A stretch of DNA of 63,589 bases, filler included, from Octopus bimaculoides (GCF_001194135.2; 8 parts of 7 records of this genome joined end to end with filler, not necessarily neighbours in it), one strand, 5' to 3'. Positions 12,684 through 26,299 are shown, counted from the whole stretch's first letter. Made by a program: numbers and translations. Notes: a model not told the origin generated them from the letters alone.

Positions 12684-14609
12684 GGGGAGATAATTCATAG
12701 GATACATGAGAATCTAGGCAGATCAACACGTAGGGCGCCAGAAATAGTTATGTACAATAACACCGGTTTCAGAGTGAGGTAAAACAGCTATGAAGTTATC
12801 ATGTGCTGGTAGGATACTATGTAATTACCAAATCTTATTTAGATCGTAGATCCGACTCATAGATGGTTCTAAGCGGTGCGTAGATATAGAAATGAATTTA
12901 AAAAAGGGTTTTAAAGCTTACTACAGCTATTTCTATAGAATTTATTGCTGTAACTATAGACTGGATCATAGAATATAATCTATCATTTTCAGGTAAAATA
13001 TAAACAGGTATAAACATGAGATAATACATTGATGATGACGAATCCAACCAATATACATACACATATACATATATATATGTATGTGTGTGTATTGTGTTTG
13101 TTAGTGTGTGTATAACAAAAGAGGGGTGTATTTCCATGCAGGAAAAAATTGGGCAAATTTGTTCTTGAAAATGCACCTAAATTTGAAAAAAATTGTAATT
13201 GTTTAAAATAAATTTATTTACATATATACCAAACTAGTTTCAACAATATGTTTTGATTATCAATGGTAAAACTTTAGAATTATAAATTTGAAAAACATGT
13301 TCAAAAGTTTCAATGTTGACAAATTAAAATGTTCATAACACTCAAATTTAGAATTATGAATTAGAAAGACATGTTTAAAAATTTCGATGTTACCGAAATG
13401 AATATCAACAAAGTTTCAGTTATACTAAGAGGAGGAAAAAACAAGGGAGAAATGAAGAAATTTCTCTGATCCTCTTTCCGTCGTATGTAACTTTCGCTTG
13501 TAACGGTGTGTTTTGGAATCCGGTGTATTTATAATTTTTTCCGTGATTCGAATCTGATTTTTGATTGTCTTGTTTTTTCCGGTGGTCAAGTTTGTCGTTC
13601 TGCCTGGTTGAATTCCCTGTGGGGAACGGTCATCAGTCGTTCCAGTTGGTTGATTCTCTTAAAGGGTCATTTTGGTGTATTTGCTGAAGTTCGGTTTTGA
13701 TAAGTCTAGAGTTAGGTGACGTCAGCAACTGGTGTTTGTATGGTGAATTGGAATATGCATTCATATGAAAAACTGTATATGCAATTTACAAGATATAAGC
13801 AGATAATATCTTTACAGCTGTTTCAAATGATCAGTGCATCGTAATTATGCGTATTACTTAAACAGGTGTAATACTGAGACAATTTTACTAATAAAAATGA
13901 ACAAAAATTATATGAACTATTATGCATCTTGATAGGGGAGTACCTATTGGGGCTAATTTATGAAATTTCTTTCAGGAGACCAACGACATATTCGATCTCT
14001 CTCAGAACTTTTTGGTAACCATCAAGTCCACATTTGCACTAAAGCTTAAACCTCCTGCCTTTCTCTCACTCTCCTTCTCTCTCTCTGTGTCTGTCCGCCT
14101 CTGTCTCACTCTGTATATATATATGTATATATATATGTATATGTGTGTGTGTGTATGTGTGCATGTTTATACACATACACATATATAGAAGGAGAGAGAG
14201 AAAGAGAAGGAGAGAGTGAGATGTACATGTGTTCACCTGTCTCTGTATGTAAGTTTAAATGTGTTCATGAAATTTGTATGTGTTCAATATTTAAATTTGC
14301 TTTTCTGTATTATGTTCTTTACGTAAAAGAAAAAAAAGTGGGGGAAAAAAAATCAGGTGAATGACGTTATAAATGGTTATCAATTACAATGTTTCTGACA
14401 CTTTCGAACAAATTGACACGCCCACATTTATGTAAATGAACTAAGAGAAAGAACAGGAACTCGAAAGATATATAGAAAAAATCTTATACTGTATCAGGAC
14501 CTGAATTGAATGGATCTTCTTCTTTTTTTTTTGCTTTTTTTTTTACAGTTTAGTTTTGTTATTCATGATATTTAGTTTTGTGTTTTCCTTTTTTCGTTGC
14601 GCTACTCAC

Positions 14610-14725
14610 CTTTCACTATCTTTTCGCTTTTTTTCAACGCAACTACCCGTCAGCATGAGCAAAGAACCATGCTGCTGCTACTGCTGCTGCTGTCACAACC
14701 TCTACTACTACAACTACTGCTGCTG

Positions 14726-14783
<58 letters not shown>

Positions 14784-14940
14784 AAATCCTAGCCGTATCA
14801 AATCAAGAAGAACGCATACGTGGTGCAAACCCACAACCTGCAACGGCTACAACACACTCGCACACTGAAGGACCACCAACACAACACAACCAGCAGTAAC
14901 GTCGACAACAACACCAATAGCAATAAAAACAACAACGGTA
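14610..14940 (-). other. Candidate upstream exon of the zinc-finger gene containing (TAG)n/(CAG)n repeats; 5' boundary uncertain
   Basis: Consensus donor GAAAG|GTGAGT at 14610/14609. ATG at 14656 gives MLTGSCVEKKRKDSE plus 2 nt, a phase-2 end compatible with the 3037 acceptor. Confidence 0.4.
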
Positions 14941-16204
14941 TGAAAGATTTTTAATTTTGGCACAAGGCCAGGAATTTTAAGAGGTACGTTAGTCCATTTC
15001 TGGATTCGTATTTTATTTTAACGACTGTAAAAGGATGACCTTACTGATGTTTGAAATCATAAAACGAAGTCGGAAGATATACCGGTAGATGTTTTCCCCT
15101 CAAATTTAGTAAAACGCTTCTGCTAATCCAACGTCTAACAATAGCAGTAGCAATAATGTTAAGGAATAATGCGAAAAAACAAACACAATTGTACACTACA
15201 ACAAAAATCTAAAGCTAATGTATCTCTTTAATCGCCAAAAGAAACCCAAAAGGATTTGAAGAGATCAAAAATGAAGAGCTATAAAGGTGTTATATATATA
15301 TCACTTTCTTAAATGCTATAAGTATAAGCAGGCAAAAAAAGGTCATCTATATGGACGCTAAACCTAGTAAAATAGCAGCCAAATTTTCCTATCATCTTTG
15401 AAAAGTAATTCTGCACCAGATACTAAAGTCTTAGATACACTAGCTAAAAACACAGCTGGATGACCACAGCTAGAACGGCCGTTTAGTCTCAACGTGGGGG
15501 TTGTGTGGCAAAGTAAACAACTGTTTGTGGGTAGGTGTAAATATATATATATATATTGATAGGGTTTTTTTTTTCTTTCAAAGGAATCTCCGGTAGCTGG
15601 ATAACTGAAGAGATGGTTGGAGCGGAACCCCGCCCGGGCATCGGAAACTCGGAGTTTTATCATGACTACTGAATAAGTGTCACATATCTTTACAGATATA
15701 TATATATATATATATATATTATTTTGCTTAAAAGAGTTCCAACACTGTCTGTTTTTTATGTTTTATTTATATTCCTGCAGAACTAATGTGGGGTATAGAA
15801 TATGGAATATACAATATACAATATAATATAAAATAAAATAAAAATGGATGGCACCATGAAAGAAAGTATTGAATGTAGATGAAATATTGAGTGTTCAATA
15901 TAAANNNNNNNNNNNNNNNNNNNNNNNNNNNNNNNNNNNNNNNNNNNNTTAATTAATTAANNNNNNNNNNNNNNNNNNNNNNNNNNNNNNNNNNNNNNNN
16001 NNNNATATTGTTCAAATCTATACAAAAAAGAACCGACCCCCCCCAAAAAAAACAAAACACAAGTAGTAAAAGACAGAGACAAGTGAAGTAACAACAAACA
16101 AGGTGTATTATTTTGACGCTCAGAAAATTAGAAGTCTTCGACGTTTCGAGCCCACGCTTATTTATACACACATACATACATACGTGTATGTATGTATGTA
16201 TACT

Positions 16205-16345
16205 CTCTCTTTTACTCTTTTACTTGTTTCAGTCATTTGACTGTGTCCATGCTGGAGCACCGCCTTCAGTCGAGCAAATCAACCCCAGGACTTATCCTTT
16301 GTAAGCCTAGTACTTATTCAATCGGTCTCTTAGCGGTTAGGCAAA
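16205..16345 (-). mobile_element. SINE family B, 3' half
   Basis: ctcttttacttgtttcagtcatttgactg..gctggagcaccgcc..gtcgagcaaatcaaccccaggacttat is the reverse complement of the 29430-29560 tail. Confidence 0.8.
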
Positions 16346-17411
16346 ACAATAATAGACACAATAAGCACCAGGCTTATTGCAGATACAATAAGTAAGGGCT
16401 GGAGTCGATATGTTCGACTCAGCAGACATTTCAAGGCAGTGCTCAAGCATGGCCGCTGTCCACTGACTGAAGCAAATAAAATGAAAATACAGAAAAGAAA
16501 AAAAAACAGAATAGTAAGTAGTTTGATGTAAGATGTAAAGGAAATTTGGCTGATACTTCTAGCTGGTCAACTAACGGAGTGGAGGCTTTAACGTGGACTT
16601 GACATTTGATACGTTTGGAATAAAGATGTCCACTTTTCTAAAAAAAAAAAAAAGCTGAAAAAAGAAAGAAACCAATAAATAAATAATGATCGTCTGCCAG
16701 TTATTATTAATGGAGGAGTATNNNNNNNNNNNNNNNNNNNNNNNNNNNNNNNNNNNNNNNNNNNNNNNNNNNNNNNNNNNNNNNNNNNNNNNNNNNNNNN
16801 NNNNNNNNNNNNNNNNNNNNNNNNNNNNNNNNNNNNNNNNNNNNNNNNNNNNNNNNNNNNNNNNNNNNNNNNNNNNNNNNNNNNNNNNNNNNNNNNNNNN
16901 NNNNNNNNNNNNNNNNNNNNNNNNNNNNNNNNNNNNNNNNNNNNNNNNNNNNNNNNNNNNNNNNNNNNNNNNNNNNNNNNNNNNNNNNNNNNNNNNNNNN
17001 NNNNNNNNNNNNNNNNNNNNNNNNNNNNNNNNNNNNNNNNNNNNNNNNNNNNNNNNNNNNNNNNNNNNNNNNNNNNNNNNNNNNNNNNNNNNNNNNNNNN
17101 NNNNNNNNNNNNNNNNNNNNNNNNNNNNNNNNNNNNNNNNNNNNNNNNNNNNNNNNNNNNNNNNNNNNNNNNNNNNNNNNNNNNNNNNNNNNNNNNNNNN
17201 NNNNNNNNNNNNNNNNNNNNNNNNNNNNNNNNNNNNNNNNNNNNNNNNNNNNNNNNNNNNNNNNNNNNNNNNNNNNNNNNNNNNNNNNNNNNNNNNNNNN
17301 NNNNNNNNNNNNNNNNNNNNNNNNNNNNNNNNNNNNNNNNNNNNNNNNNNNNNNNNNNNNNNNNNNNNNNNNNNNNNNNNNNNNNNNNNNNNNNNNNTAC
17401 ACATATATATA

Positions 17412-17453
<42 letters not shown>

Positions 17454-17461
17454 TATACATA

Positions 17462-18502
17462 TCTAAAAATATAGAATAAAAATTCAACGTGCTAAAATAA
17501 GAATAGTTTTTTATTTACTTTCTGCCCATCATATTAAGAAATATAATTTCCGTTACCCAGTTATTTTCATTGTTTACTATCTTCTGCACCCGTATATCTC
17601 ATATAACCATGCCTTGAAGGAAAGTGTCAAATTTGTCTACAATGTCAGCCAAAAGAATGTCTCTGTCCAGAGAAAGAGAGGTAGTTGCTGAAAGGGAAAC
17701 ATACCAAGAAACGAACAGACTGTGCACTACAAAAGTCAGAGCATCTCAAAGTGATGAAAAGAGGTATGCTCGGATAACAAGGAATAGGATCTCCACTGCA
17801 GAACGAAGAGCAGTTGCAAACAGCTCAGAGATGCAACTTCTGTGAAGCAGCTTTCAATTATGATCCAGCAGTTCATTATGCAGATGACACTAGCGTTTCC
17901 ATTGGTGCAATGACAAGTGAGTGCGTACATTGTAAAGCAAAGAAGTGGCCTGGAGAGACACCTGCACTGTGCTGCAGTAGTGGAATGGTTAAACTCCTTG
18001 CCATCCCCCCAACCTCCAGAGACATTGAAGAAACTATTGTCATCAACTGATCAAGATTCCAAGCACTTCCAAAACAAAATTAGGCAATACAACGCTGCAC
18101 TACAGATGACATCATTTGGAGCCACAAGAGATTTAACTGAGCCAGGATTCATGCAAACATTCAAGATCCAAGGTCAGGTTTATCATCGGATTGGCTCTCA
18201 ACTTACCTCTGTCAAATGAATCACCAAAATCAGCCTTTCATTGTTTATAATCTGTTACCTGTTTTTTGGGTCTTACGAAATAAGCTACAGAAAACGTATT
18301 TTTGAATTCTGTTTATTTACTTTATATACATCTAAGAGTTGGAAATGTTCTTTTATCATTTCACTTAATATCTGTTCCATGTTGCCATTAGTTGGAGAGT
18401 TATTGACGTAGAAAGTTGGTATCTCAGCTTCTCGCAGTTGAGACCTGCGTTTTAAATTTCATTATTTTCTTTAACACGGGTAACGCCGGGTATTTCTGCT
18501 AA
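17462..18502 (+). mobile_element. Internally deleted Helitron (Rep N-terminus plus 3' terminus); 5' end tentative
   Basis: AAFNYDP..Y..IGAMTSECVHCKAKKWPGETPALCCSSGMVKL, then after a frameshift PPETLKKLL..SKHFQNKIRQYNAALQMTSFGA..FKIQGQVYHRIGS. 3' end cacgggtaacgccgggtatttctgCTAA/t is a decayed hairpin plus CTRR. Confidence 0.88.
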
Positions 18503-20051
18503 TATATATATATATATANNNNNNNNNNNNNNNNNNNNNNNNNNNNNNNNNNNNNNNNNNNNTTAATTAATTAANNNNNNNNNNNNNNNNNNNNNNNNNN
18601 NNNNNNNNNNNNNNNNNNAAGTAGATAGAACAAACATTGATGAATGGAGCGGGGGGTAACTGAAAAGGGGTTAAATAAAAGATGACACATTTCGAAGGGG
18701 GGGAGGAAATATACATACAATCATACGATAAATAGGGTAGAGCTAAATAAAACTACAAGATAAATTGGTGAACAAACAGTGTATTTAAATTCCGTCTTCA
18801 TTTCTATTTTGCAAAAAAAACAGGAAATAAGATCATAAAGACCTTTTCACAAAACTGAAAAAAAAAAACGTTTAATTTTATACATTTCTTTACATTCATT
18901 CTCATACTGTGTGTGTGAATGTGTGTTAGAGAGAAAGAAAGAAAGAAAGTGTGTGTGTTTCTTTCTATCTATCTCTAAGGGTCACTTTGTTGAAGAAAAA
19001 GGAAACAAAGATATTGGTAAGTCAGCAATCTTTATCGTAATAACCAGGAGGACCAATGACATGTTCTTGGTTAGAATATGATTTTTTTTTAATGTCTATT
19101 AATAGTTAAACCCTTTCACGAATGACAAAAGGTTCCACAGAAAAGATATTTAACTCGGTTTACTGTATATTTTGGTAAACAAATATGGAACTCAGTTTAC
19201 CTGCGTGAGAACGATAGTCTATTGCAAGTGAGTTTTCCTAGAAGGAAATAGTGTGGAAATTTTTGCTAGGGAATTTCAGGTATCTTCCGAGTGGGGGAAA
19301 TAATGGCACCCTCATATCACCTTCATGTATTTAAATGAATAAATCTTTCATTAACACAATCTGGGTCTCCGTTAACTTTTTTGCGTATAGCTTAACTAAA
19401 GCAATAACTGGTGACCCCATAGAAGAACAACAGCTTTCGCTATTGAATTAAACAGAAAATCAAAGAAATACGGCAAGCGAGCACACAACAACATTGAAGC
19501 TACCACAATTCCGGCGGAAGATGCTTTAACAATTCTGCCAATCCATTGTGGCGAAGGGGATACGCTGAAAGATTCATTCTACCGTAGGAAGCTCATTCCT
19601 GCGAGTAGCAACCTCTGCTCCGATCAAACTGAGTAGAAGTCTGATTCGGGAGGTCAGGAGGCCTGACATTTTCCAGGGCCATTGGTTCGAAAAGTAATCT
19701 ATCGGAGAGCAGCCCCTATCTTTTTTAAGGCATAAATTATCGAGGATTGAATTTTCTATTTTATCCTTCTTCTAAAGAGAGTAAGACGTGTATTGAGGGG
19801 AATTTCCTACTATTTTTAATAGGCGAGTGACTATAGGTGCTACCCGGCACCCTCAGTCACAATTAGTAACAACTGAATTTTTCCCCTTTGGTTTTATATT
19901 GTGCATAGCTGCTTTCGTTTTATATATGTACATAGCGTGATATACAAGCATATCAATATATGTATGTATTTGTATATCTATGCCTGTTTGTAGGTATTTG
20001 TGTATACATACATACATTCAACCTTCCTTACAACGAAAGTCAGGAATCCTT

Positions 20052-20084
<33 letters not shown>

Positions 20085-20650
20085 GTCACACGCGCGCGCG
20101 TCACACGTGTAAGTTTGAAAAGTTGCGTCTCCTAAGCCATAAGGGACACACCAGAACGGAAGGGTGTGGTGATGTCATAAAGATTACTTCGAAAGCTCTG
20201 AAAGATTTGGGCTTAATGAATATTGCGGAAACACATTGTAGATAGAACTTGGGATGAGACTAGTAGAGGTGACATGGCCCGTTGGGTAAAATGTTGGACA
20301 GCCAGCTTATGAGACGCAGGATCAAATCCACCGCAGTTATTTGATTTTATTTTACAAACAACTTAATTGGACTTTGCTTCAGTTTTGAGTTTTTCAAAAA
20401 TTTGCTTGCGATAGGAGAGAATTTGGATCTTTTTGGTTTGACGGGCAAAACTTGTTTTCTTAACGAAACACTTTCAAACTGGTAGAATGTGTCATATAAA
20501 ACATCTTTTTCTCTTAGCTTTCTTAACAAAAAATAGTTCTTTATAAGTTATTCCATGTTAAAGTTGTCGTATTTGTGTAATTTTAACCAATCACTGATGT
20601 CTATTGAGGTGAAAACAATTACTGCCGTAACGGTGTTATGGGATCTTTTC

Positions 20651-20692
<42 letters not shown>

Positions 20693-20694
<2 letters not shown>

Positions 20695-21030
20695 GCGCGT
20701 GGATTAGTGGTTAGGGTGTCAGCACCATGATCGTAAGATTGTGGTTTCGATTCCTGGACTGAACGACGCGTTGTGTTCTTGAGCAAAACACTTCATTTCA
20801 CGTTGCTCCAGTCCACTCAGCTGGCAAAAATGAGTGACGCTGCGATGGACTGGCGCCCCGTCCAGCTGGGGAATATATACACCATTGAAACCGGGAAACC
20901 GAGCCCATGAGCCCGGCTAGGCTTTAAAAGGGCGCAATTACGATGAACTGGCGTACCATCCAGCTGGGAGGGGGGAACACATACGCCATAGAAACCGGGA
21001 AACCGGGCCCATGAGCCTGGCTAGGCTTTG
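20693..21030 (+). mobile_element. tRNA-derived SINE, family C, with CORE-like middle and a duplicated 3' segment
   Basis: GGCGCGTGGATTAGTGGTTAGG A box, GGTTTCGATTCC B box, TTGTGTTCTTGAGCAAAACACTT..CAGTCCACTCAGCTG. The ccagctggg..gaaaccgggaaaccg..ggctaggcttt unit occurs twice. Confidence 0.75.
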
Positions 21031-21780
21031 GGGAAAAGAAATACAGGAGGATCAGTTAGTTCTGATTTTATTGAACATATTCCCCTCTCAGAATCACACA
21101 CTTATTGCAACGGTCCCTCAGCTTTTCTTAGTCGAAAGGTTGGACCTCCAAACAGGCCTTTTGCGATACTCTTAAAGCCAGGAAATTTTCAGCATCCCTT
21201 CTCTCTCGCGCGCACGTGTACGTTACACATGAGCGCTCGAAACATCGCCGAGTAAGCAAAATTATTAATTCATGTTTCTCCAGTGTTCTCTGTAATTGAA
21301 ACGTCGACCGTTTCGATCGAAACTATCAACTTCCCATTTCAAAGAGAAGGATAATGTTTAAAGTTTAAAGCTGGATGTAACTGAGAAAAAGAGGGAGGAG
21401 AGGATGAGTAAAAGAAAACACGGGAGAGGAGGAGTGGAATAAAAGCAAAACAAGAAAAATACATAGTGCATATGTATATATATACATGTATAGAAAATAT
21501 ATAGTGGGGTGGTGGTAAGAGGAAAAAGTGAGACAGAAACTGAAGCAAGAGAGAGAGGACGAAAGAAGGAAACAGATTGTGCAAAGTGTGTGTGCGAGTA
21601 GGGCGTTAGGAAGCGATGCAGCAGGAACGAAACTTAACAGATGAGTGCAAACAATCTGGTAGAGGGCGCTGGTACTTCTCTCGCATCTTTAAAACAGTAT
21701 GGTGTCTGTTTCATGAGTTTATAGAATGTGACGAACATATTGAAAGAAGGAGGGATTGCTACCGATAATAGAGACCCTCT

Positions 21781-21811
<31 letters not shown>

Positions 21812-22059
21812 ACACATGAGGGTGTGTGGACTGATGGTTAGGGTAGTACACTCACAATCGCTAGGTCACGGTTTCGAATCCAAGACCTGGCGGTACGTTG
21901 TGTTGTTGAACGAAACACTTCATTTCAAGTTACTCTGTGATCACTTCGACAGCCGACGCGAGACACGGGTACTAGAGGTAAAGGGGAAGATAGGCTCATC
22001 ATTTAAATATTAACTTTTGAAGTAAAATAAAAAATCTTTTATGATAAACTGCTTGTTTG

Positions 22060-22464
22060 GTACCATCGCATTCACAGGCCTGAAATTTAAGGGAGAGGGG
22101 ACTGGTCGATTACAGCGTGTAGCTGGTACTTATTTCATCAACTCCGAAAGGATAAAAAGCGAAGTCGACCTCGGCGCCGCATTTGAACTCAGAACCTATT
22201 GGAAAAGCGGACGAAATGCCGCTAAACGCTAACGATTCTGCAGTTTGCTGCTTTTTAATACTAATAATCCTTTCGATTATAGGGCACAAGGTCTGAAATT
22301 TTGGGAGAGGGGTACAGTCGATTACATCACTGGTACTTATTTTATCGACTCTGAAAGGATGAAAGATAAAATCGATCTCGGTGGAATTTGAACTGAGAAC
22401 GTAAAGACGGACGAAATGCCGCTAAGCATTTTGTCCAGCGTGCTAACGATTCTGCCAGCTTGCA

Positions 22465-22465
<1 letters not shown>
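22060..22465 (-). mobile_element. Two adjacent SINE family A copies followed by (AAT)n
   Basis: Two successive ggtacttattt..gaaaggat..gaatttgaact..gctaacgattctg blocks. Confidence 0.85.
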
Positions 22466-22509
<44 letters not shown>

Positions 22510-22656
22510 TAATAATAGAAAAACATCATGATCTCCAGGATGTTAGATCTGCACTTTCTTCCATAATTGTTTTAGACTAAAGTAGCATATTTTCATATAT
22601 TGCATTACATAAGATGAAAAAATATGAATTTGCAATACATAAACACGAGAATTCAG

Positions 22657-22721
<65 letters not shown>

Positions 22722-23320
22722 NNNNNNNNNNNNNNNNNNNNNNNNNNNNNNNNNNNNNNNNNNNNNNNNNNNNNNNNNNNNNNNNNNNNNNNNNNNNNNN
22801 NNNNNNNNNNNNNNNNNNNNNNNNNNNNNNNNNNNNNNNNNNNNNNNNNNNNNNNNNNNNNNNNNNNNNNNNNNNNNNNNNNNNNNNNNNNNNNNNNNNN
22901 NNNNNNNNNNNNNNNNNNNNNNNNNNNNNNNNNNNNNNNNNNNNNNNNNNNNNNNNNNNNNNNNNNNNNNNNNNNNNNNNNNNNNNNNNNNNNNNNNNNN
23001 NNNNNNNNNNNNNNNNNNNNNNNNNNNNNNNNNNNNNNNNNNNNNNNNNNNNNNNNNNNNNNNNNNNNNNNNNNNNNNNNNNNNNNNNNNNNNNNNNNNN
23101 NNNNNNNNNNNNNNNNNNNNNNNNNNNNNNNNNNNNNNNNNNNNNNNNNNNNNNNNNNNNNNNNNNNNNNNNNNNNNNNNNNNNNNNNNNNNNNNNNNNN
23201 NNNNNNNNNNNNNNNNNNNNNNNNNNNNNNNNNNNNNNNNNNNNNNNNNNNNNNNNNNNNNNNNNNNNNNNNNNNNNNNNNNNNNNNNNNNNNNNNNNNN
23301 NNNNNNNNNNNNNNNNNNNN

Positions 23321-23518
23321 GGGAACAAACAAGAACAGACGAACGGATTAAGTCGATTACATCGACCCCAGTGCGTAACTGGTACTTGATTTATCGACCC
23401 CGAAAGGATGAAAGGCAAAGTCGACCTCGGCGGAATTTGAACTCAGAACGTAACGGCAGACGAAATACCGCTAAGCATTTCGCCCGGTGCGCTAACGTTT
23501 CTGCCAGCTCGCTGCCTT
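23321..23518 (-). mobile_element. SINE family A (alternative tail type), cut by a gap
   Basis: Near-consensus core; tail aacaaacaagaacagacgaacggattaag shared with 62420-62460. Confidence 0.9.
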
Positions 23519-24071
23519 CTCGTAGTTTCTGTGTGGTGCAAAGCGTCTCCGATGTTTATTTCGCCTTCTATGCGACGGCGACGACCTAATTGTCATCTGA
23601 TCCAGTAGAACATAAACCTTCTTTTTCACCATGACCTGCAATATTTTTATTTATTTTTCTTATCGTCCGTGACCCATCAGCAAACGTTGACTAAATAAGC
23701 CGAAAGAATCAATGTCCAAGCACATATTTGATTCATGGTACAAAAAAAAGCTAATAAAATAAACAATAGACAGATTCAATGATATCATATATTCAAGGCA
23801 TCATAATTGATTTTCCTTAACATACAAATATTACCGTGGAACATTAAATATTTTCTATGGTTCACTTCTAGAACATGTAGTCCACCTACTTTATGCATAA
23901 TTGATCTTGTCAACAAAAAAAAAATCTAAATCAGAAGGGAATGTTTTAAATACCAAGGAAGAAAATACTACTTCATGACCAACAGTTGGGACACATCTAT
24001 GCTGAGAAAAAAAAAATGAATCCATGATTTTACAAATTCACTTAGTATGTAATTTATATCGAGTTGTTTGG

Positions 24072-24210
24072 GGGTATTCCTTCGGTATTGGTCTTCAGAG
24101 TGTCGGTGTGAGGAGACATCATTTACCCTTCTATTTCAGCCTAATCTCTTTATGTCATGAGGGAAGGTTGTGTGGGTGAATGACGTCGTGTACCAATATC
24201 GAAGGATTGC
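24072..24210. repeat. Interspersed repeat, inverted copy of 26599-26719
   Basis: ccttcggtattggtcttcagagtgtc and atgagggaaggttgtgtgggtgaatgacgtcgtgtaccaatatcgaaggattgc are reverse complements of the 26.6-kb block. Confidence 0.8.
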
Positions 24211-24437
24211 AGTTTTTGTCTTGGAGGCGCAAACTGTTTTTCTTTTTTATAGGTTTAAAAAAAAATTTTTTTAGAACTTCCAAGGATGGACGGTTTCAAA
24301 TCTGATCGTGGATGAAATTCCTGGTCTACGAGAGCTAACTCTCCCTCAAGATACACTGTGACGTCTTACAGAACTGTAACTTTTGATCATGGATCTACTC
24401 GAATAAGGCCGACCTAGGGGTACACAACAACAGCATT

Positions 24438-24810
24438 GGCGCAGACTTGGCTGTATGGTTATGTAGTTTGCTTTGCAACCATGTGGTTTCGGTTTCAGTC
24501 CCACTGCACGGCACCTTGGATAAATGTTTTCTACAATAGCCTCGGGTTGATAAATGCTTTGTGAGTAAATTTGGTAGGAAGAAATTGTGTGGAAGCCTGT
24601 CGTGTGTCTTTGTTTTTGTCTGCCCATCGTTACTCGACAACCACTGTTGGTTTGTTTACGCTCCCGTAACTTAGCAGTTTGGTAAAGAGACCGATAGAAT
24701 AAATAACAGGCTTAAAAATAAGCATTGGGGTAGATGTGTTCGACTAAACCCTTCAAGGTGGTGCTCCAGCATGGCTGGAGTCCAATGACTGGAACAAGTA
24801 ACACGTAAAA
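24438..24810 (+). mobile_element. Full-length SINE family B with almost no internal microsatellite
   Basis: tRNA-like head, gaaattgtgtggaagcctgtcgtgtgtc middle, cgtaacttagcagtt..gaccgatagaata..ggtgctccagcatgg..atgactggaacaagtaa tail. Confidence 0.85.
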
Positions 24811-25097
24811 GACTTAAACAGGAAACTGGTGATGTTCTAGCGAAAAGTAATACAAATAGTTCAAACGGTAGAATAGGTTGTATGTATGGCGTTAGAGAGA
24901 AGATTGACGTTTCGGACACAAATCCTTCTTCTTTCGGAAAGTAAAGGTTTTATTACTAGGCGGTATATATTCATTCACGAATGCATTTGCAGCCTACTGA
25001 TAAGAAATATATTTCCCACCCAACCCTCGCTCTTTCTTTTTCCTTCCATTCTCTCTCTCTCTCTCTATCTTTCTCTCTCTTTCTCTTTCTCTCTCTT

Positions 25098-25133
<36 letters not shown>

Positions 25134-25850
25134 CCTCTCTCTTTCTCTCACATACACAAATCATTAAATTCCCCGCGGTGAATCCATCAGTATTTGAGGA
25201 CTTAAAACGAGGAAGGTGGGCTAATAATATGCAAGCCTGGCCCCACTAAGGTTAGAAATTATATTATCGTTTCTCTGTTGTAGCAGTGGTCTATTAAAAA
25301 AAACAGAAAGGCTTTTTTACGCCTTTTGATTATTTATCAGTGAGGGGAGAGAAGCAAGAATGTTATTTATAACAATAATTGGCGAGTTTGAGTGGAGCCA
25401 TTAGAGTAGACATAACCTCGTGCTCATTTGGTTATTGTACGATATAAAAGATATGCATTGAAAGAAAAAATACACACACACACACACTCTCTCTCTCTCT
25501 CCAACCACCCAAACACACGAGAGAGAGAGAGAGAGAGAGATAACAGGAACAAGACTTTCAATAGTTGTTTCCTACTGAGAGTCATCAAAAAGTGTGATCA
25601 TATCAAACATGACAACTATCGTGTTTAATGATTGTATGATGTATATTTATAAATTCAAAACTAAACAGGCTTTCATTCACCCTACCGTCTTGTGGGCGTG
25701 TGTGTAAAACAAATAACATATTTATATTCCCTTTGTATACATGAATACAACTTGTTAAACAGTGAGAAACAGAAGCATTTGATGTCTTTTTTTTTTTTTT
25801 TTTTACATATATAATGTGTAATAGCGCAACAATAATAAGTCTTAACTTAC

Positions 25851-25903
25851 CTTGGCTATAAGATTTATTTTATAATCCAAATCTCAGAAATATCGCATGT
25901 GTG
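25851..25903 (-). other. Candidate 53-bp non-coding (5' UTR) exon
   Basis: Minus strand ctcgtttttgtattcag|CACAC ... GCCAAG|GTAAGT: good acceptor and consensus donor, with stops in all three frames. Confidence 0.4.
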
Positions 25904-26299
25904 CTGAATACAAAAACGAGGGCAGTTTGTTTAGCATGTTATTGTGACCCGTTCTTATGAGGTTGTAGACGTGACCAACATCACTACACCGTTGACGGTG
26001 GTGATGCTTGTAGTGGTGATAGATAGAGCTGGTGTTAATCCGGACAAATACGAACGTAAACATGTGTTGATCGTATAAGAAAATTCCAAGATCATTGAAT
26101 TAAAGCGAAAAATATATTAATAGAAGAGGTTTGAAACAAGAGGAAAGTCATTAAACGAAATATAACGAAGTAAAACAATCTCAGGTAAATCCGTTTTCTG
26201 TGTGTTGGTGTTCGTACTTCCCACCTTTCCTGTAGTGAGTTTTTTCTTTCTTTCCCTTTTTTCTTCTGTTTTCTCCTTTGCCTCTTCCTCTACGCCCTC

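Noticed and set aside
16571-17487. Long ORFs spanning N runs (also 22.5-23.6, 39.5-40.2, 46.6-47.8, 49.2-50.2, 53.9-56.3, 57.3-59.9 kb)
   Set aside because: Artefacts of translating gaps as X.
20693-20760. tRNA-like A/B boxes as tRNA genes (all SINE heads; also 20275-20335)
   Set aside because: No complete cloverleaf or acceptor stem, and each continues into a SINE body.
21655-21672. CTCF-like motif ctggtagagggcgct
   Set aside because: A single imperfect match in 63 kb is expected by chance; no supporting context.
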